A DNA stretch of 64,000 nucleotides, taken from the NCBI RefSeq assembly GCF_049060185.1, contig NZ_JBMEQO010000002.1. One strand, given 5' to 3'. Shown piece by piece: positions 45,001 to 54,367 of the stretch (positions are counted from its first letter, which is position 1; every line of letters starts with the position of its first letter). The stretch comes from Nannocystis pusilla (lineage in GTDB: Bacteria; Myxococcota_A; Polyangia; Nannocystales; Nannocystaceae). A model generated the notes under the pieces. The model did not search any database. It was not told where the DNA came from and saw only the letters and a list, made by a program, of their open reading frames with translations. The position numbers and the translations under genes were made by a program.

Positions 45001-47402
45001 CGGCTTGCGCGTCGACGACTCGACCCGATCCTCGTCGGACACGGCCTCGGGGGCGCCCGGCGCGGCCTCCGGAGAGCTGGCCGAAGGGACAGGCGGGCTC
45101 GGCGCGGGCTCGGCGGGGCTGACCGGAGGGACAGGTGTGCCCGGCGCGGGCTCGACGGGGCTGGCCGAAGGGACAGGCGGGCTCGGCGCGGGCTCGGCGA
45201 GGCTGACCGGAGGGACAGGTGTGCCCGGCGCGGTCGTGGAGCGAGCGACGCCGTTGCTGGGGCCGTGCGCGGACGCGGGCTTGTCGGCGGCGGGGGCGGG
45301 GGCGGGGGCGGGCGCCACGCCGACGGGGATGCCGACGAGGGTGCGCCTGTCCCAATTGCCAGACGAGGTGTCCGAATAGATGGGCACCCCGAGGGCCGGA
45401 GTCACCGGTCGCGGGGTGGTCGCCGGCGGCAGGATGATGAGCGGCGTGTCAGGGGCGATGGCCATCGCCGCCAGCGAGGCGTTCTGGTCCTCGAAGCCGC
45501 CCGGGTCGATGAGCGGGGCGTCCGGGGCGACGGGGACGGGCGAGGGCCGCGTCGACGGCCGTTTGGCGGGGGCAGCGGAATCGGGCTCGGGCGCCCGGGA
45601 GTCGTAGGCAGCCGTCTGGCGGCTCGCCGCGGCGGCAGGCGTGGGGGCGGTTTCGGTCCGGCGTCCCGTGGCGGCGTGGCCCGGGGTATCGAGCTGAGGT
45701 GACCTGGTCTCGGAGACAGGTGTTGCCTCCGGCGCAGGCGCGCGGCCGGAGGATGGGGCCGAGGCGTTCGCGGCGGAGCTGTCCGCGGGGACAGGTGCGG
45801 ACGGGGCAGTGACGCTCGGTGCTGCGGCGCGGCTGTCCTCAGGGACAGATGCGGCAGCAGGGGCCGACGCCGGCGCCGGCGTCGCGGTGCGGGTCGCGGC
45901 GGCCCGGTCCGCGGCGAGTTCGTCGGAGGCGCGAGGCGCGTTGGCGCGAGCGTCCGAGTCGGTCGCCGGCGAGCCGGCGAGAGCGGGGACGAACCCGCGG
46001 CGAGCGCGGGACCGTTCGCCGGGCGGGCCCGGTCCGCGTCGATGGCCGCGTCGCGGCTGTCCTTGAGTGCAGGTGCGAGCGACTCGCTCGGCCTGTCCCC
46101 GGGGACATGCGCCGTCGCGGCGGCGTCGTCGGGCGTGCCCGACCGCGGCGAGCCGGCCTCCGACGGCGAGGCGCCGGACGGCGAACCCGTCGCGCGCGCC
46201 GCGGTGTTCGGCCCGGACATCGCCGCCGGGCGCGGGCCGGCCATCTGCCTGTCCGATGGGACAGGTACGTCGGCCTGCAGCGCGTCGGCCAGCGACGGTC
46301 GCGCGCCCGCGGTCGCCTCGTCCATCGTGACAGGGGCGGTCTGCGTGTCTTCTGCGGCGTCGGCCTTCGGGGTGGCGGCAGGCCTGGCCTCGTCCACCTT
46401 CGCGTCGATGGCGGACCTGTCCGCCGGGACAGGCGCGTCCGCATGACCGGCGGCGACCTGGCCGCTCGCGGATTTGTCGGCGCGCGACGAACCGAAGGCA
46501 GGACCTCCGGCCTCGACCTCGACCCCGTGACTGGCGGCGGCCGTGTCGGGGCGACGGGCCGGGGCGCCTGCCCCTGGCTCGCGTCGGGCTGGGCCGCCGG
46601 GCCCTCGCCAGCGCTCGGCGCGTCAGCGTTGCGAGCGTCGACCGGCGTGTTCGCGCCGGACGGCTCCGATCCGGCGTCGGCCTGCGACCTGTCCGCAGGG
46701 ACAGCCGCATCGGCGCCGCGGGCATCGGCCGGCTGCCTGTCCGCGGGGACAGGCGCCCCCTCGCGCGCCTCGGCTGTCGGCCTGTCCGGGACAGCTGCCT
46801 CGGCGCGGGCTTCCGTCGGCTGCCTGTCTGATGAGACAGGTGCGTCGGCCGACCGCCTGTCCGCAGGGACAGCCGCCTCGCTCGGCCGCGGCTCGGCGGC
46901 GCCCGGCACCAGGCTGATCGTGATCGAGGCGGTGCGCAGCGCCTCGAGGTAGTCGAGCAGGATCAGCGCGTAGCGCGGGGCGAGGATCGAGCCGGTGCGC
47001 TCGGCGGCGATCTTGGCCAGGCAGCACTCGGGCGCGACGACCGGGTAGAAGCCGCGGACCATGCGGTAGAGCTGGCCGAGCTTGGCGTCGGGCAGGTCGG
47101 GGTGGACGGCGACGATCAGCCGGCCGTCCTCCTGCGCGAGCGGCATGGCCCAGCCGATGTCGACCAGGTCTCTCGGGACATGTTCCCAGGGACGGGTCGG
47201 CCCGCGCTCGAGCAGCCGCACCGGCGCGCCGGGAGGCCGCAGGCGCTCTGCAGCAGGGCGTCGAGCTGCAGCGGGGTCATCAGCCCGAGCTCGAGGATCG
47301 CGGTGTCGAGGCTGCCGCCGGCCAGCTGCTGCCGCCGGGTCGCGGCCTCGAGATCGGCGCGCGACAGCGGGCCGTTGGCTTCGAGGTGGCGCAGGAGGAG
47401 GC
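42073..47402 (-). CDS. Giant multidomain protein (~1770 aa). Its domains, in order, are: two N-terminal GspE-N/MshEN-like domains, long Pro/Ala/Asp-rich tandem repeats, a GAF-like domain, acidic/Pro-rich linkers, and C-terminal HEAT (PBS-lyase-type) repeats. It has at least one frame switch near 46800-47200.
   Basis: The N-terminus is VSLLLRHLEANGPLSRADLEAATRRQQLAGGSLDTAILELGLMTPLQLDALLQ. It is followed by MRLLERGPTRPWEHVPRDLVDIGWAMPLAQEDGRLIVAVHPDLPDAKLGQLYRMV. The middle has a GAF-like block MVMTLAQRLDAARATLATARERDRITEALV... The C-terminus has HEAT repeats ...DPDVRLIATRVLESY...VRDKHVREAALEAL...DEAVRRWAADELARI. The GTG start overlaps the stop of the upstream RDD gene. Confidence 0.55.
46089..46875. 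repeat. Coding tandem repeat of 33-48 bp units, each beginning with a TGTCC-N4-GGACA palindrome
   Basis: The units are CCTGTCCGCAGGGACAGCCGC..., CCTGTCCGCGGGGACAGGCGCC..., CCTGTCCGGGACAGCTGCC..., CCTGTCTGATGAGACAGGTGCG... and CCTGTCCGCAGGGACAGCCGCC. They encode the protein repeat AVPADR(Q/S)(P/A)(T/A)(E/D)A... Confidence 0.75.
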
Positions 47403-48002
47403 TCACTGTTCCCTCACGACGTAGGTGCCTGTCAGGTAGTCGTGGAAGGCCCGCTTCTCGCGGTCGAAGGCCATCCACAGCGAGCCGAGGCCGCCGGGCA
47501 CCAGGCCGACGGCGGTGCCCGCGAAACGCACCGTCGCGCGCACCGGACCGACTTTGCCGCCGGCGCGGTGGACCACGCGGATCCCGGTGAGCTTCTGCCC
47601 GGGTGTCCTTCCGGACAGGGCGATGAAGAGCACGAAGTAGAACGCGACCATCACCAGGAGCGGCGCCAGCCACACCAGGATCTCGAGCGGGTCGACGGTC
47701 AAGAGCTGGAGCAGACCGGCCCACGAGAAGGCGCCGCGCACCGGGCTCGCGTCACCGATCACGCGCTGCAGCCCGAGGTGCAGCGGGCCGGCGGTGACGA
47801 GCAGGATCGCGGCGTCGACCACCGCGGCGGCGAGGCGACGCCAGAAGCCGGCGACGCGCACCGGCACCAGCGCTTGCCCGCACGCCGGGCACGTCGGTTG
47901 CCCGTCCTTGACGAGGCCGATGTCCAGCGCCGCGTCGCAGCTCGGACACGGTGCGGGTCGCTCCTTGCGGGACCAAAACGCCATCGGCGCGCACCATAAC
48001 AC
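47403..48002 (-). CDS. RDD-family membrane protein with an N-terminal zinc-ribbon
   Basis: The zinc ribbon is CPSCDAALD...CPACGQ. The RDD-domain signature RTPGQKLTGIRVV is present, with TM segments. Confidence 0.7.
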   Translation of the reverse strand: MLWCAPMAFWSRKERPAPCPSCDAALDIGLVKDGQPTCPACGQALVPVRVAGFWRRLAAAVVDAAILLVTAGPLHLGLQRVIGDASPVRGAFSWAGLLQLLTVDPLEILVWLAPLLVMVAFYFVLFIALSGRTPGQKLTGIRVVHRAGGKVGPVRATVRFAGTAVGLVPGGLGSLWMAFDREKRAFHDYLTGTYVVREQ

Positions 48003-48056
48003 GGCCCCGGGCCTCCCGGTCCGTCCCCGCGCGGCGCGGCGGGTCCCCGCCGGCGC

Positions 48057-48743
48057 TCAGGCGAACATCACGCGAGCGACAGCGACCAGCGCCGCCGTCT
48101 CGGTGCGCAGCGTGTAGGGCCCGAGGCCGAGCGCGCGGAAGCCCGCGGCGCGCAGCAGCGCCGCCTCCTCGGGGTAAACCCACCCTCGGGCCCCACGCAC
48201 ACACGAGCACCCGCGGTGACCGCCGGCGCGTCGCTCGATGTCGCGCGCAGCTCCTCCCACGCGAACAAGCCGGGGAGGTCGGTGCGCCGGTACGTGGCCT
48301 CGCGGAGATCGACGGGTCCCGAGATCGCGGGCGCGCGGGGCCTGCCGCACTGCCGTTGCGCCGCTCGCAGCACCCGCGCGATCCGTTCGCCGCCGGGCGC
48401 CGCGCCCTGGCTGCGGGCGCAGCGGACCAGCACGACCTCGGCGACGCCGATCTCGCACAGCGCGGGGAGGACGTCCAGCACGGTGGCCGGCTCCGGCATG
48501 CCGAGCAAGACCACGACCTCGCGCGCGGGGCCGGCACCGTTCGTTGCTCGAGCAACTTCACGGTGGTGCCGCGCGCGTCGCCGCCGACGACCTCGGCCAG
48601 CCACAGCGCGCCGTGGTCGTCGATCGCCTCGATGCGCGCGCCGTCGCCGACCCGGCGGACCCGCCGGAGGTAGTGCGACTCGGCGGCGTCCAGGTCGACG
48701 CGCGCCGGGTCGGCCGGCGCGCCCACGAACACCCGCGTGCTCA
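48057..48743 (-). CDS. rsmE: 16S rRNA (uracil1498-N3)-methyltransferase RsmE. It is frameshifted and spans 3 frames.
   Basis: The sequence reads MSTRVFVGAPADPARVDLDAAESHYLRRVRRVGDGARIEAIDDHGALWLAEVV, then ...VVLLGMPEPATVLDVLPALCEIGVAEVVLVRCARSQ..., then ...GPYTLRTETAALVAVARVMFA. Confidence 0.8.
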
Positions 48744-49709
48744 TCCGGCCGCTCGCAGGACCAGCGCGCACCACTCGGCGAGGTCGCGGCGGTCGGCGAG
48801 CGCCAGCCCGGCCGCGGTGTAGGCGGCGAGCACGTCCTCGGCCTCCTCGCCGAGCACGCCGCTGAGGACGACGGCGCCGCCGGGGGCGAGGCGGCGGGCG
48901 AGGTCGCCGGCGATCGGGATCAGCACGCCGGGGCGGATGTTGGCGAGGATCAGATCGAAGCTGTCCGAAAGTTCCAAGACGGTCGCGGCCCGGATCTCGA
49001 GCCGGTCTTCTAGTTTGTTGGCGGCGGCGTTCTCGGCGGTGGTGTCGGCGGCCTCGGGATCGTTGTCGGCGGCGACCACCGCGGCCTGCGGGAACAGCCG
49101 CGCCGCCGCGAGGGCCAGGATGCCGGAGCCGCAGCCGAGGTCGAGCACGCGGTCGGGGCGCGCGCCGGCCTCGGCGAGGGCGACCAGCAGCTCCAGGCAC
49201 AGCCGCGTGGTCTCGTGCTGGCCGGTGCCGAAGGCGCGGCCGGGATCGAGGACCAGCTCGAGCTCCGGGTCGCCGGGCCGGCGATCGATCCAGCTCGGCC
49301 GCACCAGCAGCGTCGTCGTCGCGGCCGAGAACACCAGCGGCGCGTAGAACTGCTTCCACGTGTCGCGCCAGTCGTCGTCGGTGCGCACCGCCGGGGTCAG
49401 CCGCAGCGGCAGGAGCAGGTCGGCGCCGAGCCGCTCGACCTCGGCGATGAGGCCTTCGAGGCCGTCCGGGGTGGTGTAAATCGTCAACTCGGGGATCTCG
49501 CACCGACTGCCGAGCGTCGAGGTGTCCCGCGTCTCCACGCCCGCAGCGCGCGGGTCTTCGGCGATCAGCGTCGCCAGCGCCTCGAGCCGCTCCGACGCCT
49601 CGGTCAGCTCGCCGAGGTCGAGGCCCTCGCCGTCGTCGTCGGACCGGCCGCGGAGCTGGACCAAAAGCGTCGCCCACGGTTCGGCGGTCGTCTCTGCTGT
49701 CTCACGCAT
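48741..49709 (-). CDS. prmA: Ribosomal protein L11 methyltransferase PrmA
   Basis: An intact 322-aa ORF. The motifs RAFGTGQHETTRLCLELL, VLDLGCGSGILALAA and NDPEAADT are present. Confidence 0.9.
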   Translation of the reverse strand: MRETAETTAEPWATLLVQLRGRSDDDGEGLDLGELTEASERLEALATLIAEDPRAAGVETRDTSTLGSRCEIPELTIYTTPDGLEGLIAEVERLGADLLLPLRLTPAVRTDDDWRDTWKQFYAPLVFSAATTTLLVRPSWIDRRPGDPELELVLDPGRAFGTGQHETTRLCLELLVALAEAGARPDRVLDLGCGSGILALAAARLFPQAAVVAADNDPEAADTTAENAAANKLEDRLEIRAATVLELSDSFDLILANIRPGVLIPIAGDLARRLAPGGAVVLSGVLGEEAEDVLAAYTAAGLALADRRDLAEWCALVLRAAG

Positions 49710-49937
49710 GGCGCGGCAATATAGGCGAGTTCGTCACAATATCGACGGATCAATTGCATGCTCAATTACAAAAAGGCTCTAACAGGCCGTGACCTGCGGC
49801 CCGCGGGCCCGTGCGCACTTTAACTTTATTCGCCCCGTTGCCTCTGCCATACCTCAGGGCCAGATCTGGGCGGCGCCTCCGGCGACGGCGACCCATGAGG
49901 GGTCGGCCGCGACGCATCACCCCGGGCGCTGCAAGAG

Positions 49938-50175
49938 GGAGAGGCACATGGTGGCATTTACGGGAGTCAAGGTGTTCTCGGCGACCAAGGCTTGGGAGCG
50001 CGAGCAGATCAGCGACCGCATCAACGAGTGGCTCGAGGCCAATCCCGGCGTCGAGATCGTCGACAAGGTGGTCACCCAGAGCTCCGACAGCGAGTTCCAC
50101 TGCCTGACCATCACCCTGTTCTACAGCCGCCCGACCAGCCGTGGTGCCCACGCCCAGGCGTCCGTGGCGCCCTGA
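49938..50175 (+). CDS. Small hypothetical protein (~78 aa)
   Basis: An RBS (AGGGAGAGG) precedes the ATG. The composition is protein-like: MVAFTGVKVFSATKAWEREQISDRINEWLEANPGVEIVDKVVTQSSDSEFHCLTITLFY. Confidence 0.45.
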
Positions 50176-50220
50176 CGCCGGTCGCGGGCCGCAGTCCGAT
50201 CGAGCTCTTCACCTCGCGCC

Positions 50221-50239
50221 CCGACGCCTGTCGCGTCGG
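50221..50239 (+). terminator. GC-rich hairpin CCGACGC-CTGTC-GCGTCGG downstream of the small ORF (no U-tract)
   Basis: A perfect 7-bp stem with a 5-nt loop, ~45 nt after the stop at 50175. Confidence 0.2.
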
Positions 50240-50375
50240 CAGTCGCGCTGTCTCGGCGGTTCGCGTCGTGCCCGCTGTGAGCGCGATGGACGCGGTGTGA
50301 TGCGCGTCTGAACTTCGGGACAGGTCCTCCGGGACATCCGGTGGCGCCGCTTGTAGCGCAGCCCGGCCAGCGGGT

Positions 50376-51401
50376 ATGGTGCGCCCGGCGATGGCACGAG
50401 GGCGGCTCAGCGTCGAGGCGTACGCAGCGGGGGTGCAGGCCGGCGATCGGGCGGTGCTGGCGCGAGCGATCACCCTGGTCGAGAGCCAGCGGGCCGACGA
50501 TCAGGCGCTGGCGCGCGAGCTGGTGGCGGCGCTGCAGACGGGCGATTCGCGGGCGGGTGGGGCGCTGCGCGTCGGCATCACCGGCAGCCCGGGGGCCGGC
50601 AAGAGCACCCTGATCGAGGCGCTCGGCCTCCATTTGGTGCGAGACCTCGGTCGCCGCGTCGCAGTGCTCGCGGTCGATCCGAGCTCGGTGCGCAGCGGCG
50701 GCAGCATCCTCGGCGACAAGACCCGCATGCAGGAGCTGGCCCGTGAGCCGCGCGCCTTCATCCGCCCGTCGCCGTCGCTCGGCGAGCTCGGCGGCGTCGC
50801 CCGTCACACCCGCGAGACCGTGCTGCTGTGCGAAGCCGCCGGCTTCGACGTCGTGCTCGTCGAGACCGTCGGCGTCGGCCAGTCGGAGGTGATGGTCGCG
50901 CAGCTCGTCGACTGCTTCCTCGTCCTCATGCTCGCCGGCGCCGGCGACGAGCTGCAGGGCATCAAGCGCGGGATCCTCGAGCTCGCCGACATCCTCGCCA
51001 TCACCAAGGCCGACGGCGACAACCTCGCCGCTGCCGAGCGCGCCCGCGCCGAGTATGCCCTGGCGATGCGCCTCATCCGGCCCAAGCACGCCGGCTGGTC
51101 GGTCCCCGTCGTCACTACTTCATCCGTCACCGGCGCCGGCCTCGCGGCGCTGTGGCAGACCGTCGAGCGTCACCGCGAGGCCCTCCAGGCCGGCCCCGCC
51201 TGGCAGGCTCAGCGCGAGGCCCAGCACGTGCACTGGTTGTGGCGGGCGATCGAGGCCGAGCTGATGCGCCGCTTCGCCGCCGATCCCGAGGTGCTCGCGC
51301 GCCGGCCCGCGCTCGAGGCGGCCGTCCGCGCCGGGCGGCTCAGCCCCGATCACGCGGCCGCCGAGCTGCTGGCCGCGTTCGCCGGGCCGGCGGGGCGGTA
51401 G
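50376..51401 (+). CDS. meaB: Methylmalonyl-CoA mutase-associated GTPase MeaB (ArgK family)
   Basis: An intact ORF. The P-loop GSPGAGKST and the motifs VETVGVGQSE and ITKADG are present. Confidence 0.9.
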   Translation: MVRPAMARGRLSVEAYAAGVQAGDRAVLARAITLVESQRADDQALARELVAALQTGDSRAGGALRVGITGSPGAGKSTLIEALGLHLVRDLGRRVAVLAVDPSSVRSGGSILGDKTRMQELAREPRAFIRPSPSLGELGGVARHTRETVLLCEAAGFDVVLVETVGVGQSEVMVAQLVDCFLVLMLAGAGDELQGIKRGILELADILAITKADGDNLAAAERARAEYALAMRLIRPKHAGWSVPVVTTSSVTGAGLAALWQTVERHREALQAGPAWQAQREAQHVHWLWRAIEAELMRRFAADPEVLARRPALEAAVRAGRLSPDHAAAELLAAFAGPAGR

Positions 51402-51487
51402 GGCAGATCCTCGCGCGCACCGTCGCTTCGGCCGCGACGTGCCGCGCGGGCGGGCGCGGGATTCCGGCAGGTCGGTATGATGCGCCC

Positions 51488-52898
51488 GTGAGCGTCGATC
51501 CCGACCGGTTGCTCGAGTTGTTCCGCCGTCACCTCCCGCTGCGCGAAGGGTCCGTCGAGCTCGCGTTCGCGTCCGGCTACGACGCGCCCGTGTGGCGCAG
51601 CGAGGCGGGCTATCCCCTCATGGCCCTGCGGCTGACGACCTTCGATCCGGTCGACGGCGTCATCCCGCTCGACATCCGCGAGCAGGAGGTCTTCATCGGC
51701 GACGATCGCAAGCACGCCCCCGAGCGCTGGCTGGCGTATGTCGAGGGCCACCTGCAGGCGATGCCGGCGATCCTCGCGCATTTCGGCGAACCCGACGCGA
51801 TGATGCCCTGCGACCTGTTCGTCTACGGGGCAGTGCTCGCCGACGAAGCGCTGCAGCGACCCGACCAGTTCGCCGCGGCGCTCCGCGATCCGGTTCGCCT
51901 CGCGGCCATGGACGAGGCCGCGCGCGAGGCCGAGTGGCGCGATCGCCTGGAGCCGCTCGGCCTCGCCGATCACGCCGCCGAGGTGCAAGCCATGGCTCGC
52001 CCCTCGATCCGCCTGCACCTCTCTCGCAGCGACGAGCTCGACGAGGACGAGGACGAAGACGAAGATGCCGAGGTCGACGAGGACGAGGACGAAGACGAAG
52101 GTGACGGCGACGACGCGGAGGCCACTCATGAGCCCGGCCAGACGCGCCTGGGCGGCGCTCCTGACTTGCCGCCCGACTTGCCGTGGCCGAGGTCGACGGC
52201 GTCGAGCTGACCTTCGTCGCCCAGTTCGATCTCGCCGGGCTGGCGGATCGCGCCGCCGCGCGCGAGCTGCCCACACACGGCCTCCTGAGCTTCTTTACGC
52301 CCCGATCCCGCCCGACGGCGTGCGCGGGCATCCGGTGCGGGTGCTCCACTTCACCGACCTCGACGCGCTCGCGCGCCGCCCGGTGCCTCCGGGGTCGAGC
52401 CGCTGAGCGCCTACGACATCGACCTCGCCGACGAGCGGCTGTACCCGTGCGTCGACAGCTACTTCTTCTACGAGTCATTGCTGCCCGAGGCGCGCATCCT
52501 CGAGGTCCATCGTCAGCGTCAGCAGGGCGAGGGGGCGAGCTGATCCCGTTCAACCCGCTCGAGCGCTTCATCGCCGAGTCCGGCGAGCTCGACGACTACG
52601 AGCGGCCGTACCACCGCCTGTTGGGTCACCCGGCCTCGATCCAGGGCGATCCGTACCTCGACGTCGAGATCGACACCCGCCCCCAGGGCTGGGACGGCTG
52701 GGACGACGGCAGCCCCGAGGCGCTGGCCATCCGCCGACGAGCGCTGCGCTGGCGGCTGCTGCTGCAGATCGACGCCCAGGAGGACGGCGAGCTGCTGCTC
52801 AACCAGGACGGCGGCTTCTTCTACTTCTGGATCCCCGCCGACGCCCTGGCCGTCCACGACTGGTCGCAGGCGCGCGGGGCGCTGCAGTGCCATTGAAG
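51488..52898 (+). CDS. DUF1963 (YwqG-like) domain protein with an acidic Asp/Glu-rich linker. It is frameshifted.
   Basis: The C-terminal domain reads ...TRLGGAPDLPPDLPWP...LTFVAQFDLAGL...LPTHGLLSFF... and ...WRLLLQIDAQEDGELLLNQDGGFFYFWIPADAL. The internal linker is DELDEDEDEDEDAEVDEDEDEDEGDGDD. Confidence 0.65.
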
Positions 52899-52950
52899 AA
52901 CATGTCCTCGAGAGCATGCCCTCGAGGACATGTTCTTGAGAGCATGCTCG
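52897..52950. repeat. Gap-free array of 4 palindrome units with exact 14-bp periodicity between convergent genes
   Basis: The array reads GAACA|TGTCCTCGAGAGCA|TGCCCTCGAGGACA|TGTTCTTGAGAGCA|TGCTCG. It begins one nt after the stop of the DUF1963 gene. Confidence 0.85.
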
Positions 52951-52951
52951 A

Positions 52952-54367
52952 TCAACCGGTCGCGCCGCGGCCGGTGATGTCGATGCGGCGCCAGGCGCCG
53001 GTGCGGAAGCGGAGCACCATCGCCAGGGCCAGGAACACCATATACACGCACATGCTCCACGTCGCCGCGACCGCGCCGCCGTCCCAGACGAACACGGTCA
53101 GCCAGGCCAGGGGCAGCCAGATCACCCAGGCGAGCGAGATCCGGAGGATCAGCGGCCAGGCGGTGTCGCCGGCGGCGCGCAGCGCCTCGTTGACGGTGAT
53201 CACGGTGGCGTCGAGCAGCTGCCACACCGCGCTGATCGCCAGCAGCTGGGCGCCGAGGTTCACGACCTCGCCGGACGTCTCGATCTCGTCGCGGGCGAAG
53301 ATCATCATCAGCGGCACCGGGAACGTGAAGTAGAGCAGCCCGACCAGGCCTTGCCAGACGGCGGCGACCGAGAAGGTGCGCACCACGATCCGCGGCACGT
53401 AGTCGTGGCGACCGGCGCCGATCGCCTGGCCGACCAGGACCGCCCCGGCCGAGCCGAGGCCGAAGGCGGGCATGAACGAGACCGAGTTGACGGCCACCAC
53501 GGCCATCAGCGCCGCGACCGCGACGGTCCCGAGCTCGGCGACCACGAGGTTGATGAAGATCAAAAAGGCCGCGAACTCGAGGAACCAGTTGAGGCCGTTC
53601 GGCAGGCCGAACCGCATCATCCGCGAGAACTCGCGCAGGTTGAGGCGGCCGTCCGAGCTGTCCGGAAGGTCAGGTACCGGGTGCTCGACGGGGCCGAGCA
53701 CCGCCGGGTCGACCGTCCGCTGGCCGCGCGCGCGCCAGAAGGCGTGGCAGCACACTGCGAAGCCGGCCACGCTGGCGAACACGCTGGCCCACGCGGCCCC
53801 CTGGACGCCGAGCGCGGGGGCGCCGAGGTTGCCGTAGATCAGGACCCAGTTGAGGCCGATGTTGACGACCATCGCGACCAGGCTGGCGTGCATCGACACC
53901 CGGGTGTTGCCGAGGCCGGCGAACCAATTGCCGAGCGCCTCGGTGCCGACGACCACGCCGGTGCTGAGCATGCGGATCGCCATGTACTCGGCCATCGTCT
54001 CGCGCACCGCCGGCTCGTGGCCCGTGAGCGACAGCAGCGGGCCTATCGCCGGGATGGCGGCGATGGTGGCGAGCATCGCCACGGCGGCCAGGCACAGGCC
54101 GTACCAGGCGTAGCGGCGCGCGCTGGCGAGGTCGCCCCGGCCGGCGAGCTGGGCCGCGTAGCTCTGGACGATGAACGTGATGCCCATCGGCAGCACGAGG
54201 ATCCCCAGCGCGTTCATGGCGCCCGTGGTCGCGGCCGCGAGCGCGTCGTCGCCGAGCGGGGCGACCATCGCCGCGTCGCTGAAGCTGATCACCGACTGCG
54301 CCGAGCGTGCGAGCACGATCGGCCAGGCGAGGGTGATGAGCGCGCGGAGTCCGGGGACCGAGGCCAT
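52952..54367 (-). CDS. MATE-family efflux transporter
   Basis: The N-terminus is MASVPGLRALITLAWPIVLARSAQSVISFSDAAMVAPLG. There are 12 predicted TM segments and MATE repeat structure. Confidence 0.8.
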   Translation of the reverse strand: MASVPGLRALITLAWPIVLARSAQSVISFSDAAMVAPLGDDALAAATTGAMNALGILVLPMGITFIVQSYAAQLAGRGDLASARRYAWYGLCLAAVAMLATIAAIPAIGPLLSLTGHEPAVRETMAEYMAIRMLSTGVVVGTEALGNWFAGLGNTRVSMHASLVAMVVNIGLNWVLIYGNLGAPALGVQGAAWASVFASVAGFAVCCHAFWRARGQRTVDPAVLGPVEHPVPDLPDSSDGRLNLREFSRMMRFGLPNGLNWFLEFAAFLIFINLVVAELGTVAVAALMAVVAVNSVSFMPAFGLGSAGAVLVGQAIGAGRHDYVPRIVVRTFSVAAVWQGLVGLLYFTFPVPLMMIFARDEIETSGEVVNLGAQLLAISAVWQLLDATVITVNEALRAAGDTAWPLILRISLAWVIWLPLAWLTVFVWDGGAVAATWSMCVYMVFLALAMVLRFRTGAWRRIDITGRGATG

